A DNA stretch of 64,000 nt from a virus (taxonomy: Duplodnaviria > Heunggongvirae > Uroviricota > Caudoviricetes). The notes beneath the pieces were generated by a model that worked only from the letters and a program-made list of their open reading frames with translations, did no database searches and had not been told where the DNA came from. How positions within the stretch are numbered: position 1 is the stretch's first letter; the number at the start of each line of letters is the position of its first letter. Both the position numbers and the translations under genes were made by a program. Below, in pieces: positions 1 to 10,407 of the stretch. The stretch lies in IMG/VR virus record IMGVR_UViG_3300035659_000001; one strand, written 5' to 3'.

Positions 1-2
1 GT

Positions 3-494
3 AATACTTTAAAAGTTATTCTTAAAAATACTAAATATAAAAAATTTAGAAGTGATTATTTAAAACAACAGTGGCAAAATAAAGAATATGTTGACAAGTT
101 AATGAATAGCTTAAAATTAACATTAAAAAATAGATTATCAAAGCTTCATGTTAAAATAAGAACTGAACTAAATTTAGATAAATATGGCTTTCAATCGGAA
201 CAACACATTAATAGATATATAGTTGACGAAATAAATAAAGAAAAAAAAATAATAATTGAAATAAATGGTAATTATGTGCATGCAAATCCAAGACTTTTTA
301 AAGAAAATGATATTATCAGATTGCCGTCGCAACAATACACTGCTCAGCAAAAATGGAAAAAAGATAATGAAAAAATAAATAATTTAAAACAAATGGGTTT
401 TAGAGTATTAGTCATTTGGCAATATGATTTTTTTAATAATTTGCAAGATGTTAAAAACAAGCTTAATAGCTTAATAGATGATAGTCATTTGTAA
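3..494 (+). CDS. Vsr/DUF559-like endonuclease (homing-endonuclease type), 5' partial
   Basis: Frame open from base 3; SEQHINRYIVDE..IIEINGNYVH..D..K..L...GFRVLVIW is the DUF559/Vsr pattern. Confidence 0.7.
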   Translation, partial: NTLKVILKNTKYKKFRSDYLKQQWQNKEYVDKLMNSLKLTLKNRLSKLHVKIRTELNLDKYGFQSEQHINRYIVDEINKEKKIIIEINGNYVHANPRLFKENDIIRLPSQQYTAQQKWKKDNEKINNLKQMGFRVLVIWQYDFFNNLQDVKNKLNSLIDDSHL

Positions 495-542
495 ATAGTT
501 TATAGTGCATTTATTAATTTTAAAATTAAAGGAAAAATTTAT

Positions 543-1007
543 ATGAATGATCCAAAGATGTATGTAGAAAAATTATTTGAAGATGCAAAATTGCCCGTTA
601 GAGCAAATCCAACAGATTCAGGTGCAGATGTATTTGCTTATAAATTTGAAAAATTTGACGATGATGTTACAACTATAACATTGGGTTCTAGACAAAGAGT
701 ATTAGTAAATACTGGAATATCTGCTACTGTTGGTCTTGGTTATGAAATTCAAGTCAGACCTCGCAGCGGAAACGCTCTTAAAAAAGGACTCACAGTTTTA
801 AACACACCGGGCACAATCGATGAAGCTTACAGAGGCCCTATCGGCGTGATAATAATCAATTTAAGTGATGAGCCTCAAATAATTACTGTTGGTGATAAAA
901 TTGCTCAATTAGTTGTATGTCCCGTCATTTTAGCTGAAATTATAGAAGTTGATTCTTTAAATATAACTGAAAGAAATGAAGGTGGCTTTGGTCATACAGG
1001 AACTTAA
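543..1007 (+). CDS. dut: dUTP diphosphatase (trimeric dUTPase)
   Basis: Motifs SGADV, QVRPRSG, GTIDEAYRG, IAQLV, RNEGGFGHTG. Confidence 0.95.
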   Translation: MNDPKMYVEKLFEDAKLPVRANPTDSGADVFAYKFEKFDDDVTTITLGSRQRVLVNTGISATVGLGYEIQVRPRSGNALKKGLTVLNTPGTIDEAYRGPIGVIIINLSDEPQIITVGDKIAQLVVCPVILAEIIEVDSLNITERNEGGFGHTGT

Positions 1008-1024
1008 CAAGAAAGGGTGTCAAA

Positions 1025-1654
1025 ATGCGTAGTTTAATTGCTTTTTTATTGTTTTTAGTAGTGTCTTTTTTTAGCTGTTCAAATCAAACATCAACAACTT
1101 CAAATTCTTATGGAGGTAACATGCTTGTTATAACAAATCAATCAGAACATCATGTTTTTATTGACTACAATCAACCAATATCATTGTTTGTAGAGGCAAA
1201 TGGCGAAGGTGAATTATCGTATCAATGGAAAATATCAGATGAAAATGGTGATTTTGTAGACGTTCTTGGAGCAACAAGTACTACTTTTTCAAAACCATCA
1301 GCTGAATTAGAAGATCATGGTAAAATGTATGTTTGTGTTGTAGCAGATGCAAGTACATCTGTTGAAAGCAATTACATGATTACTATGATAGACAAAATAC
1401 CTCCTGTTATGGTAGTTCAACCTGAAGATGTGACAATTAATGTTGGTGAAACACTTAACTTATATTCAGAAGCAGCAGGAACAGAGCCGCTTAATCCAGT
1501 ATGGAAGAAAAATGGTATTGAAATTCCTGAAGCAACTAGCAATTTACTTGAAATATCAAATGTTCAATTATCTGATGCTGGACAATATACTTGTGAAATT
1601 AGTAATGATTTTGGTGCAGTAATATCTAACACTATTACAGTTACTGTATATTAA
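1025..1654 (+). CDS. Two-Ig-domain protein with lipoprotein-like signal peptide
   Basis: Hydrophobic N-terminus ending FFSC; Ig motifs LSYQWK..GATS..YVCVV and WKKNG..DAGQYTCEISN. Confidence 0.8.
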   Translation: MRSLIAFLLFLVVSFFSCSNQTSTTSNSYGGNMLVITNQSEHHVFIDYNQPISLFVEANGEGELSYQWKISDENGDFVDVLGATSTTFSKPSAELEDHGKMYVCVVADASTSVESNYMITMIDKIPPVMVVQPEDVTINVGETLNLYSEAAGTEPLNPVWKKNGIEIPEATSNLLEISNVQLSDAGQYTCEISNDFGAVISNTITVTVY

Positions 1655-1670
1655 AATAGGAGAGTTATAT

Positions 1671-1817
1671 ATGCCTCGCTGTTTACATTGCAGTCATGAA
1701 TATGAAGTAAAAAAAGACGAAGTTGATGATGGTTTTTGTTCTTTTGAATGTTGGGAATCTGTAAATTGCGGAGAGCCTGAAATGCTTGAAAAAGCATTTG
1801 TTATTGAAGAAGATTGA
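1671..1817 (+). CDS. Small Cys-rich (Zn-finger-like) protein, 48 aa
   Basis: AGGAG SD then MPRCLHC..FCSFECW..EED*; below ORF-track cutoff. Confidence 0.6.
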   Translation: MPRCLHCSHEYEVKKDEVDDGFCSFECWESVNCGEPEMLEKAFVIEED

Positions 1818-1964
1818 ACGTAATTGCTGTTTGACATAGCTGCTACTGTTTTTAAATGTAAATTGTTGTTATTTTTGTGTAAATAATAAAAATAACAACG
1901 TTCATAATTAATAATGAACGGATATTTATGATAACTTTCTTATTTTTTGTATTATGTGTTATTT

Positions 1965-2978
1965 ATGAATACTTTAAAATTAAAATATCAAACTAATAAA
2001 GAGTCTAAAAACATCATTTTAAATTACATGAAAAATCAAAATAATGTAATAAAATTCCTATACAATAGATTACAAGAGAACAAATTACTCTCACAAATAC
2101 AGCTCACTTCACTAGCTAATTCCATGAACAACATTTTCATAGACTCTTGGTTCAAACAAAGTGCTATGTATAAAGCTAAAGAATTGGATGAGAATGAAAA
2201 AGTGATATTTGGTGGCAAGAAATTGTTTTTTGAACGACTTAAGAAAAGAATAACAAAAGAAGAATTTCAAATAAAAAAATTGCTACCATTACATATTATT
2301 GGTGAGGCTTGCAAGAGTGGTAATCGTAAGTTTGAGTTTAATATTATTGAAGAGAATAAATTAATATTTAAACCTTGTTTTAAAACAAAAATAGAGCTTC
2401 AATTACCCAAATTAAGAAAAAACTACCAAAAAATACTATTTAAATTAGAACAAGCTACTACTGACAAAAAGTTACCAGTTACTATCTCGTTAGATTTAGA
2501 TTTTATTTATATCACTTACGATGAGAATTTTCTAAAACAAGAAATTGCAAGCAAAGTTAAAAATAGAATCATGACGCTTGATTTAAATCCTAATTTTATA
2601 GGTTTTTCCATAATTGATTGGAAAGAAGAAGATAGTAAGAGTATAATAAAGACGGGCTGTATAAGTATCAAGCAATTAAATGATAAACAATTTGAATTAA
2701 AAGATCTCAAAGTAAGTAGCGAAGATAGTAGAATGAAATATTTAGTCAATAAAAGAGTATTTGAAACATTTGAAGTAGCTAAATATTTAGTTAACATGGC
2801 TAGGCAATATCATGTAGAGAGTTTTGGTATAGAAGAATTGTCAATTAAGTCGAGTGACAAGGGAAAAGGAAGCAAGTATAATAGGTTAGTGAATAATTTA
2901 TGGAATAGAGGGAAATTAGTAAGTAATATAGAAAAGCGACTAAATATTTGTGGTATTAAACTAAGTGAGTTTTTATGA
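1965..2978 (+). pseudogene. tnpB: TnpB-related (IS200/IS605 accessory) nuclease, C-terminally truncated
   Basis: RuvC-I TLDLNPNFIG and RuvC-II GIEEL present; ORF stops at GIKLSEFL before RuvC-III. Confidence 0.65.
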
Positions 2979-3010
2979 ACAAATACCTTAAAATAGGTGA
3001 TAAACTCAGA

Positions 3011-4198
3011 ATGTCTACAAAACTAATAATTGCGTCAGATCTTCATATCGGAGAATATGCTTTTGGCAAAATTGATCCAGAAACAGGACTTAATACTCGC
3101 TTATTAGATTTCTTAGATAACTTTAATCAAGCAATCGATATTGCAATAACTAAAAAAGTTAATGCATTTATAATTGTTGGTGACATTTACAGAGTTAAAC
3201 ATCCCAGTTCTAAAATAAGAAAACAATTTGCTACTAAACTCACAAAAATCATTCAAGCGAATATCAAAGTAATACTAATAACTGGCAACCATGACATGAC
3301 AACTAGCTCAGACGGTGCTCATGCTATGTCTGAAATGGAAGAGTTGTCGCCTCTAATTGATCAATTAACTGTTGTGTCTTCACCGTCAATAATAGATATA
3401 GATAATACAAGATTATATTGTTTACCGTTTGTAAATAGAGGTGAGCAAGAACTATTGACGCCTGAAGATTTTTTAAAATTTCAAAAACAAAAAATTCAAG
3501 AGTTTAATGATGTTAATGATAATGATTATTACTCTATATTTTTTGGTCATTTTGGAACTGATAAATCAGAAGTTGGTAATAGCTTTGATTTAGACATGTC
3601 GTCTAATGAATTTGAAAACATGGTACAATTGTCAGATTTTGGAAAAAAATGGACAAAAATCTATCTTGGCCACATTCATAAACATCAAGAATTTAATAAT
3701 ATTGCGAGACATGTTGGATCAATTGGTAGAGTTGATTTTTCAGAAGAAGATGAGCAAAAAGGTTTTTATTTTTATGAAGATGGTTATGATGAATTTATAC
3801 CAATAAAAGATCGAGAATTTAAAACATTTCAATTAAATTTGAAAGATGAGCAATGTAAAGAGCAATTAAACAAGTTTTTTAAAGACATACAAAAAATTGA
3901 TTTGTCAAATTCAATCGTAAGAATAAAAACAAACGTTATACAGACATATTATCCTCTTGTAAAATTTGATAAAATTGAATCATATCTAAGAGCTAATTGC
4001 TGGCATTTTACTAATATAGATATTAATGTAATTGCAAAAGAAGATATTAATGAGAATGTTGAGAAGATAACTAGTACTGATTTACCAATTGAAGCTTTGA
4101 AAAAATATGTTGAAAAACATCCTGATAGATATAAAGGTATTGAAGAAAAAATGATTACTAAGGGTCGAGAAATTTTAACAATCGTGAAAAATAAATGA
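3011..4198 (+). CDS. SbcD/Mre11-like recombination nuclease (gp47-like)
   Basis: SDLHIG, GDIY, GNHD, GH, YLGHIH, GSIGRVDFSE motifs. Confidence 0.9.
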   Translation: MSTKLIIASDLHIGEYAFGKIDPETGLNTRLLDFLDNFNQAIDIAITKKVNAFIIVGDIYRVKHPSSKIRKQFATKLTKIIQANIKVILITGNHDMTTSSDGAHAMSEMEELSPLIDQLTVVSSPSIIDIDNTRLYCLPFVNRGEQELLTPEDFLKFQKQKIQEFNDVNDNDYYSIFFGHFGTDKSEVGNSFDLDMSSNEFENMVQLSDFGKKWTKIYLGHIHKHQEFNNIARHVGSIGRVDFSEEDEQKGFYFYEDGYDEFIPIKDREFKTFQLNLKDEQCKEQLNKFFKDIQKIDLSNSIVRIKTNVIQTYYPLVKFDKIESYLRANCWHFTNIDINVIAKEDINENVEKITSTDLPIEALKKYVEKHPDRYKGIEEKMITKGREILTIVKNK

Positions 4199-5778
4199 AA
4201 ATTGATTATGTAGAAAAACATACTATTTTTGAAACTATTGTCGGTAGTCAAGCTTACGGCATTGATACTCCTGAATCTGATATTGATAAAGCTGGTGTAA
4301 TGATACCAGATCAAGCATATTTTCTGGGTCTAAATAGATTTGAACAGTTTGACGATTATCCTGAAGAAGATAAAGTCATGTATGATATAAGAAAAGCTTT
4401 AAAACTTATAGCAGACAACAATCCAAACTGCTTAGATTTATTATGTTCGCCAGAGCGGTGTATAACGAAAATGACACCGTATTGGCAAGAAATTGTCGAA
4501 AATAAAGATTTATTTATATCTAAAAAAGCAAGATTTACTTTTTCGAGCTATGCAATTGCTCAATTAGAACGAATAAAAATGCATCGCAAGTTTTTATTAG
4601 CTCCGATAAAAAATAAACCTTTACGATCTGATTATGGATTGCCTGAACATTCATCATTTCCATCTGTGCAATTGAAATCTATAGTTCAAGCTACAATGCA
4701 TGACTTTTTAATGGAAGAACATAAAGAAGACTTTTTTCATGAATTAGACGGTATTTATGGTGATTATTTAATGCCATTGTTTGCAAAATTTTCAAAAGAA
4801 ACTCATAGAAATGTTGCAATGGAATGGATTCAAGAAACTCAAAAATCACAAATCAACACGCTATTGCATTTAGGACCTTCTTATATTAAAGAAGAATTCA
4901 TAGATTTAGCTGAAAAAGAGCTTAGATATTTTGTTGCAAATCAAGAATATGAACGTTATCAGCAATGGTCAAAGACACGAAACCCTAAAAGAGCTATTCT
5001 TGAAGCAAGATTCGGCTATGACACTAAACATGCCGGGCATCTTGTGCGCTTAATGAGAATGGGAGTTGAGATATTGCAGACTGGAAAAGTTAATGTTGAT
5101 CGAACACAAATTGATTCTGTTGAGTTGAAAGAGATTAAAAATGGTGCATGGTCGTATGAGCAACTAGAACAATATGCTAAAGATACAGATAATAAATTAA
5201 CTGATTTATATAATTCATGCAAATTACAAAAATCAGCTCAAATTGAAAAAATAAATGAATTATGTATAAAGATTGTAGATCAGTATTTATCTACAACAAA
5301 AAAGAAAATAAGAGACAAAACTATAACTACACTTGCTGCCGATTGTTTTGCTGGTTTAGAAGCACATGATACTGTAGTTTCAAGACTTTACATAAGTAAC
5401 AATTTAATGACAAAAGATTTTTTGAAATACGCTAATGATTCATACGATAACCGTATATGGGGTGCAAATCTTCAAGTAATGAATGACGTTGAAAATACTA
5501 TAATTGTTAAGTCAGAATATAAGTGTGGTAGTTTTTCACAAACATCATTGTTTAATGATAATGAAATAATAGAACCTATACGTCATGGTGATAAAGATCC
5601 AACTTGTTCAGTTTGCAAAATTATTAAAAAATTAGGATTACAATCAAATGTGTCAACGAAAAAAGTAATTGAATTATTAGATTATGAACATTGCCCTCAT
5701 TGCTATGGTAGTTTTTCATTCTCAAAACCTGAAAATGCAATTTGTCCATTCTGTAAAAAGTCAATAATAGGAGAATAA
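4195..5778 (+). CDS. Pol-beta superfamily nucleotidyltransferase (RlaP/phage type) with Cys-rich C-terminal extension
   Basis: GSQAYGIDTPESDID, NNPN, GYDTKHAGHLVRL, IKNG motifs. Confidence 0.85.
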   Translation: MKIDYVEKHTIFETIVGSQAYGIDTPESDIDKAGVMIPDQAYFLGLNRFEQFDDYPEEDKVMYDIRKALKLIADNNPNCLDLLCSPERCITKMTPYWQEIVENKDLFISKKARFTFSSYAIAQLERIKMHRKFLLAPIKNKPLRSDYGLPEHSSFPSVQLKSIVQATMHDFLMEEHKEDFFHELDGIYGDYLMPLFAKFSKETHRNVAMEWIQETQKSQINTLLHLGPSYIKEEFIDLAEKELRYFVANQEYERYQQWSKTRNPKRAILEARFGYDTKHAGHLVRLMRMGVEILQTGKVNVDRTQIDSVELKEIKNGAWSYEQLEQYAKDTDNKLTDLYNSCKLQKSAQIEKINELCIKIVDQYLSTTKKKIRDKTITTLAADCFAGLEAHDTVVSRLYISNNLMTKDFLKYANDSYDNRIWGANLQVMNDVENTIIVKSEYKCGSFSQTSLFNDNEIIEPIRHGDKDPTCSVCKIIKKLGLQSNVSTKKVIELLDYEHCPHCYGSFSFSKPENAICPFCKKSIIGE

Positions 5779-5780
5779 TA

Positions 5781-6614
5781 ATGGTTTTAACTGGTCTGGA
5801 AATAATAAATCAAGTAAATTTAGGTAACATTTTTATTAGTGATTTTGATAAAAAACGAGTGAATCCGAATTCATATAATTTACGTTTACATAATGAACTG
5901 AAAACTTATAATAATGTTGCACAAGATTATTTAAACACAATGCCTATAAAATTTTTAGACATGAAAAAGCAAAATGATACAACTACTATTATTATTCCTG
6001 AAGAAGGAATGATTCTTTATCCTAATATTCTTTATCTTGGTCGAACTCTTGAAATGACACGAACAAATGGATTTGTACCTCAAATTGAAGGTCGAAGCTC
6101 TATTGCAAGATTAGGAATAGACATTCATAAAACTGCTGGATGGGGTGATGATGGATTTGAAAATTATTGGACATTAGAAATTGTAGCTACGCATCCAGTA
6201 AAGATATATCCATTTGTTGAATTTTGTCAGATCATTTATATGAAAACTTTCGGTGATAATTCAATAAAATACAAAGGTAAATATCAAAAAACAAACAGTA
6301 TTGATGTTAGTAAAATATATGAAGAATTTAACAATCCAATTGAATTGTATTATTGTGACAATCCCAGTCATATAACAAAAATTGTTTTGCCGACGGGTGA
6401 AACAATTTATCGTGAAAAAGACACTATTGATTTTTTTAAAGTTCGACCATTTATCGGTCACGATTTAGTTTTATTTGTATCATGTAGTGTGACGTCTGAT
6501 TATGTTAAAGAGCCCGAAGTAAAAAAATTATTGTCAGTCGAAATAGATAAAGATTTGTCTAGTAAATATAGCAAAGACATTTACTATTTGCATTATGATA
6601 AGAAGGTTCTATGA
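5781..6614 (+). CDS. dcd: dCTP deaminase with C-terminal extension
   Basis: NPNSYNLRL, EGRSSIARLG, TAGWGDDGF, WTLEI, YKGKYQ. Confidence 0.9.
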   Translation: MVLTGLEIINQVNLGNIFISDFDKKRVNPNSYNLRLHNELKTYNNVAQDYLNTMPIKFLDMKKQNDTTTIIIPEEGMILYPNILYLGRTLEMTRTNGFVPQIEGRSSIARLGIDIHKTAGWGDDGFENYWTLEIVATHPVKIYPFVEFCQIIYMKTFGDNSIKYKGKYQKTNSIDVSKIYEEFNNPIELYYCDNPSHITKIVLPTGETIYREKDTIDFFKVRPFIGHDLVLFVSCSVTSDYVKEPEVKKLLSVEIDKDLSSKYSKDIYYLHYDKKVL

Positions 6615-6829
6615 AGTTATATGGTTATGAAGAAGTTCGCGAAAATTTGTTGACAATGCAAGAAGTTTCAATTTGTGCTAATTCAGAAGAATTGATGATG
6701 ATTAGTAGATTTTTCTTAAAAGCTTCACGAAGATTTTCAGAAGCTTCATCAAGAGAAAGTCATATTCATTTTAAAGATTTTACTAATAATCAAAGCTTGC
6801 CAGTAGACATTGTGATCGTTAAAGAGTAA
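6611..6829 (+). CDS. Hypothetical protein
   Basis: ATGA-coupled to dcd. Confidence 0.55.
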   Translation: MKLYGYEEVRENLLTMQEVSICANSEELMMISRFFLKASRRFSEASSRESHIHFKDFTNNQSLPVDIVIVKE

Positions 6830-6867
6830 TTTACAAAGACTTTGATTTTTCATTTGACTATCTATCT

Positions 6868-7515
6868 ATGAATGCAAATATTTTACCTCAATACAATGTA
6901 ATGTATCTTGACAAAGACTTGCTAGATGAAACAGGAAATTTAAAAATTTTAAATTCATCGTTTTATTCAAATATTCCAATAGAACATTTAATAGTATGGT
7001 GTCATCATAAAGGTATTTATTGTTTACCGACAACTGAGTTAATTGAGTGGCTAAAGCCACATATAATTCTTAATAAAACAATTGAAATTGGCGCTGGCAA
7101 TGGTGCTATAGGTCGTGAGCTTAATGTTCCGATAACAGATGCTTGTTTGATGAGAAAGCCTGAAATAGCTATGTATTATAAAATAATAGGACAGCCTGTT
7201 ACAAATTATCCAGATGACATTATTGAACTTGATGCTGTTAAAGCAATTGATTTTTATAAGCCGTCAGTTGTGATTGGTTCTTGGATTACTCATAGATATG
7301 AAGAAGAGCAGAGTCATCGAGGTGGCAATGCGTATGGCGTAGATGAAAATTTTGTTATTGAAAATGTCAATAAATATATTATGATTGGTAATGAAAGTGT
7401 TCATAAATTAAAACCAATTCTTGAATTATCACATAAAGAATATAAATTTCCGTGGCTTTACAGTAGATCGTTAAGCTATGAAAATAATGTAATTTATGTT
7501 TGGGAAAAAGTATGA
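6868..7515 (+). CDS. Hypothetical protein with SAM-binding-like motif
   Basis: IEIGAGNG glycine loop. Confidence 0.55.
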   Translation: MNANILPQYNVMYLDKDLLDETGNLKILNSSFYSNIPIEHLIVWCHHKGIYCLPTTELIEWLKPHIILNKTIEIGAGNGAIGRELNVPITDACLMRKPEIAMYYKIIGQPVTNYPDDIIELDAVKAIDFYKPSVVIGSWITHRYEEEQSHRGGNAYGVDENFVIENVNKYIMIGNESVHKLKPILELSHKEYKFPWLYSRSLSYENNVIYVWEKV

Positions 7516-7658
7516 GAATAAAGTCAACTCACATGCTACCAAAATGTAAACATTGCGGTAAAGAGCGCGGATTACACTTAGCGAGGACGTTTCATTGTCC
7601 GTTGGATAAAATTACTAGAACTACTAGAACTGGTATAACTGCTTTTCATCGCAGTTAA
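7512..7658 (+). CDS. Small CxxC/His protein, 48 aa
   Basis: ATGA overlap with upstream gene; CKHCG..H..HCP. Confidence 0.4.
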   Translation: MRIKSTHMLPKCKHCGKERGLHLARTFHCPLDKITRTTRTGITAFHRS

Positions 7659-7698
7659 GTATATGAGCCAAAAATTGTCGATAAAATAAGGAGTAAAA

Positions 7699-8301
7699 AT
7701 GTTAAATAAGTTATTACAAAAACCAAAAAAAATAGATCATGTTATGTTTGCAACTGGTTGTTTTTTGGGAATATTTCCAGAGGGTAGTATATTTGGCGAC
7801 TATAAGTATATTTTTGAAACTGAAAATGAAATTAACAGTATGTTGCAGTCAATAATGTCGTCGCTTCAATTAAAAGGCATGATTTTTTATATGGACGCAG
7901 ATCATGTTGTATGGAATGATGATTTTAAAGTGAATACATTTTTACAAGAGAAAGAAAAGCAAAAAGAGAATAAGAAATTATTAGCAAAAAAATCAGCTAT
8001 TGCTAAGAGTGCTTTAAGAAAATTTGTTAATGTTTCTCAAATAATTGAAGGCTGTGGATTAAAAGTAAAAGTTAAAAGTGTAGATGCTGCTACTATGAGT
8101 ATTTATACAACAGTCATTTCAAACGATAAGTGGGAACATGTTTTTGATGTAAATGAAGAAGTGATGTGGCACTTTAATAGTTGCGATAATGAGAATTTTA
8201 TTATTTTTGAGGCTGATTCAAAGAATCAAGAAAATGGTCAAGGCGCTCAGAGTTTGTTATATATTATTGATGGTAAATGTTCTGTTGAGAGAGATTCTTA
8301 A
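7699..8301 (+). CDS. Hypothetical protein
   Basis: AAGGAG SD, 200-aa ORF. Confidence 0.6.
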   Translation: MLNKLLQKPKKIDHVMFATGCFLGIFPEGSIFGDYKYIFETENEINSMLQSIMSSLQLKGMIFYMDADHVVWNDDFKVNTFLQEKEKQKENKKLLAKKSAIAKSALRKFVNVSQIIEGCGLKVKVKSVDAATMSIYTTVISNDKWEHVFDVNEEVMWHFNSCDNENFIIFEADSKNQENGQGAQSLLYIIDGKCSVERDS

Positions 8302-8337
8302 GGAGTTTATAGATTTTTAATAAAACTGATACTTTAT

Positions 8338-8583
8338 ATGAAACATTTTACCATAATTCAACATGAGTTTTTAAAAATTGCTAAAACTACGTATTACAAT
8401 AAATGGTGGAACATGCCATTATTGCGGCAACAAATGTACCTTGAAGATCATCCAAAATCTAAAAAACAAATATCAGGCAAACCAACAAAAAGAAAAAGAC
8501 GTAAACTTAAAATCAAACATTTAAAGACGTTTACTCATTTAACGAATCAATTACCTCATAAAACAATACCAACTATTCGTTAA
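8338..8583 (+). CDS. MKH-leader family protein 1
   Basis: MKHFTIIQHEFLKIA..WW..QQMYLEDHPKSKK. Confidence 0.75.
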   Translation: MKHFTIIQHEFLKIAKTTYYNKWWNMPLLRQQMYLEDHPKSKKQISGKPTKRKRRKLKIKHLKTFTHLTNQLPHKTIPTIR

Positions 8584-8828
8584 GAACGCATTACTCGAAT
8601 TATTGCAGTGGGATTGTACATTGCAAAACCAACAATTTCTTGCATAGTCCAATCTTGCAAAGGTGGTGTTTCATGGACGATATCATCATCAAATGTACTC
8701 GACTTCTATTTCATCATTAGCTAAAAAAAATAAATTTTTCATTTGACTTAATTTTTGTTTAATAAATATTATATATATATATATGCAACTGCAAAATTTA
8801 ATAAAATTTAAGAATAGGATGGATTGTT

Positions 8829-10385
8829 ATGAAACATTTAGCTACTATACAATTTGAATTTTTAAAATTAGCTCGTAAATGGGATGATTTATCGTTAGAA
8901 GAACAAAAGGGCTATTTATCTAGACATCCAAAAACAAAAAGAAGAATCACAGCTAAGCCTGAGCAAAGTCGAGACAATGAGTCATTACCTGAAAAATCAA
9001 CTGTTGAAATGAGTAGTTCTCTAGCTGAAAGAAAAATGCAAAGAGGTTTAGTAGTAAAAATCAAGAATAAATATTATAAGCTTGATGATAACGGCAAATT
9101 GTGGTCATCTAAATTTGAAAGCACTAATTGGACTGTTGATGAAGCTCAAGAAATACCGCAAGGTAGTGGAACAATTGAAATTATTGGTCCTCAATTACAA
9201 ACGTTTACTAAAACTGATAATGCATTTTTTAAAACAACGAAACCAATTCCTGCATGGGTTCAAACTGGCTATGCACCGTCGAATGAATTTTATGGTAATG
9301 CTCAAATTCAAAAAGCAATTTATGATCGTAAAATATTGCCTGAGGGAACGCCTATTTTAATTCTTGTAGGTGGTGATTTTGTAGGACCAATGGATAAAAG
9401 GCAAAAAGTTAGATTCACTGATCCAGCTGCAGATCCAGGATTATTTGAAAAAAATTATGCTTATGATGCTACAAAAGTTCAATTGCCATTATCTGCATTA
9501 GCTACAACTACGCCTTCAGGTCAAATTATTAAAAAGCCTGTAAAAATGGAATTGCCGCCATTACAGAAAAAAGATGAGAAAAAACCTAGTGAACTCTTGA
9601 AGATGCTATATCCTAAAGTATATCCTAAAGAAGAAGCACCTAAACAACCTGTTAAAGAGCAACAGCAAGAACCGAAAAATGTTGTGAGTCAAGCAACAAA
9701 TTTTATGAAGAATTTAAGTTTTACAGGTAAAGATGAAAGTAATGTTGATATTTCTAGAAGTGCAGATGGTGTAAGTGTGCGATCTATTAGCAAAAGTTTT
9801 AGATATTTGGGTAATTGGATATCTAGGCCTGGTGAAGAAGATGATGATTATCCAGAATTAGATCGTGATTCATATAATAAATTAAAACAGCAATTTACTG
9901 ATAAAGTAAAAGCACAACCTTGGTTTGATGAAAAGACTATGACACTTCAAGTGATACCTCAAGAAAAATCATGGTTAGATTTTCAAATAACATTTAATTC
10001 GTCAGAAAAGCTTGAGTCAATTGAACAAAAAATAGAAAAACCAATTGAATCAAAAACTGAACCAAAAGCAGAACTAAAGCCACAGCAAGTTGTAAGACCT
10101 GCAAAAAGTATGACAAAGTCTCAACTTATGAATCTTTTAAAAGAAGCTTTTATTGATGAACCATCTTATAGCAACAAAAAAGGCGGATTTGTTTTTAAAA
10201 GTGGCTATTTTTATAGACTGGGAGGAAGTCCTCAAAAACTTGCTGAAAGTGTAAAAGCTAAAACTACAGCTTTGGGATTAACGCCAAAAATAGTTGATAC
10301 AAGTGATAATTGGCATGCATGGCCAAAAGATAGTTGGTTTGAAGCTGTTGTGTCTTTTGATCAAATGAAATCTAAAGAAGAATAA
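8829..10385 (+). CDS. MKH-leader family protein 2 (putative internal virion protein)
   Basis: MKHLATIQFEFLKLARKWDDLSLEEQKGYLSRHPKTKRR. Confidence 0.8.
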   Translation: MKHLATIQFEFLKLARKWDDLSLEEQKGYLSRHPKTKRRITAKPEQSRDNESLPEKSTVEMSSSLAERKMQRGLVVKIKNKYYKLDDNGKLWSSKFESTNWTVDEAQEIPQGSGTIEIIGPQLQTFTKTDNAFFKTTKPIPAWVQTGYAPSNEFYGNAQIQKAIYDRKILPEGTPILILVGGDFVGPMDKRQKVRFTDPAADPGLFEKNYAYDATKVQLPLSALATTTPSGQIIKKPVKMELPPLQKKDEKKPSELLKMLYPKVYPKEEAPKQPVKEQQQEPKNVVSQATNFMKNLSFTGKDESNVDISRSADGVSVRSISKSFRYLGNWISRPGEEDDDYPELDRDSYNKLKQQFTDKVKAQPWFDEKTMTLQVIPQEKSWLDFQITFNSSEKLESIEQKIEKPIESKTEPKAELKPQQVVRPAKSMTKSQLMNLLKEAFIDEPSYSNKKGGFVFKSGYFYRLGGSPQKLAESVKAKTTALGLTPKIVDTSDNWHAWPKDSWFEAVVSFDQMKSKEE

Positions 10386-10407
10386 AATATTTACAAAGGA
10401 ATTTATT

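Noticed and set aside
8582-8741. Minus-strand small ORF
   Set aside because: Needs a frameshift or stop readthrough; no other support
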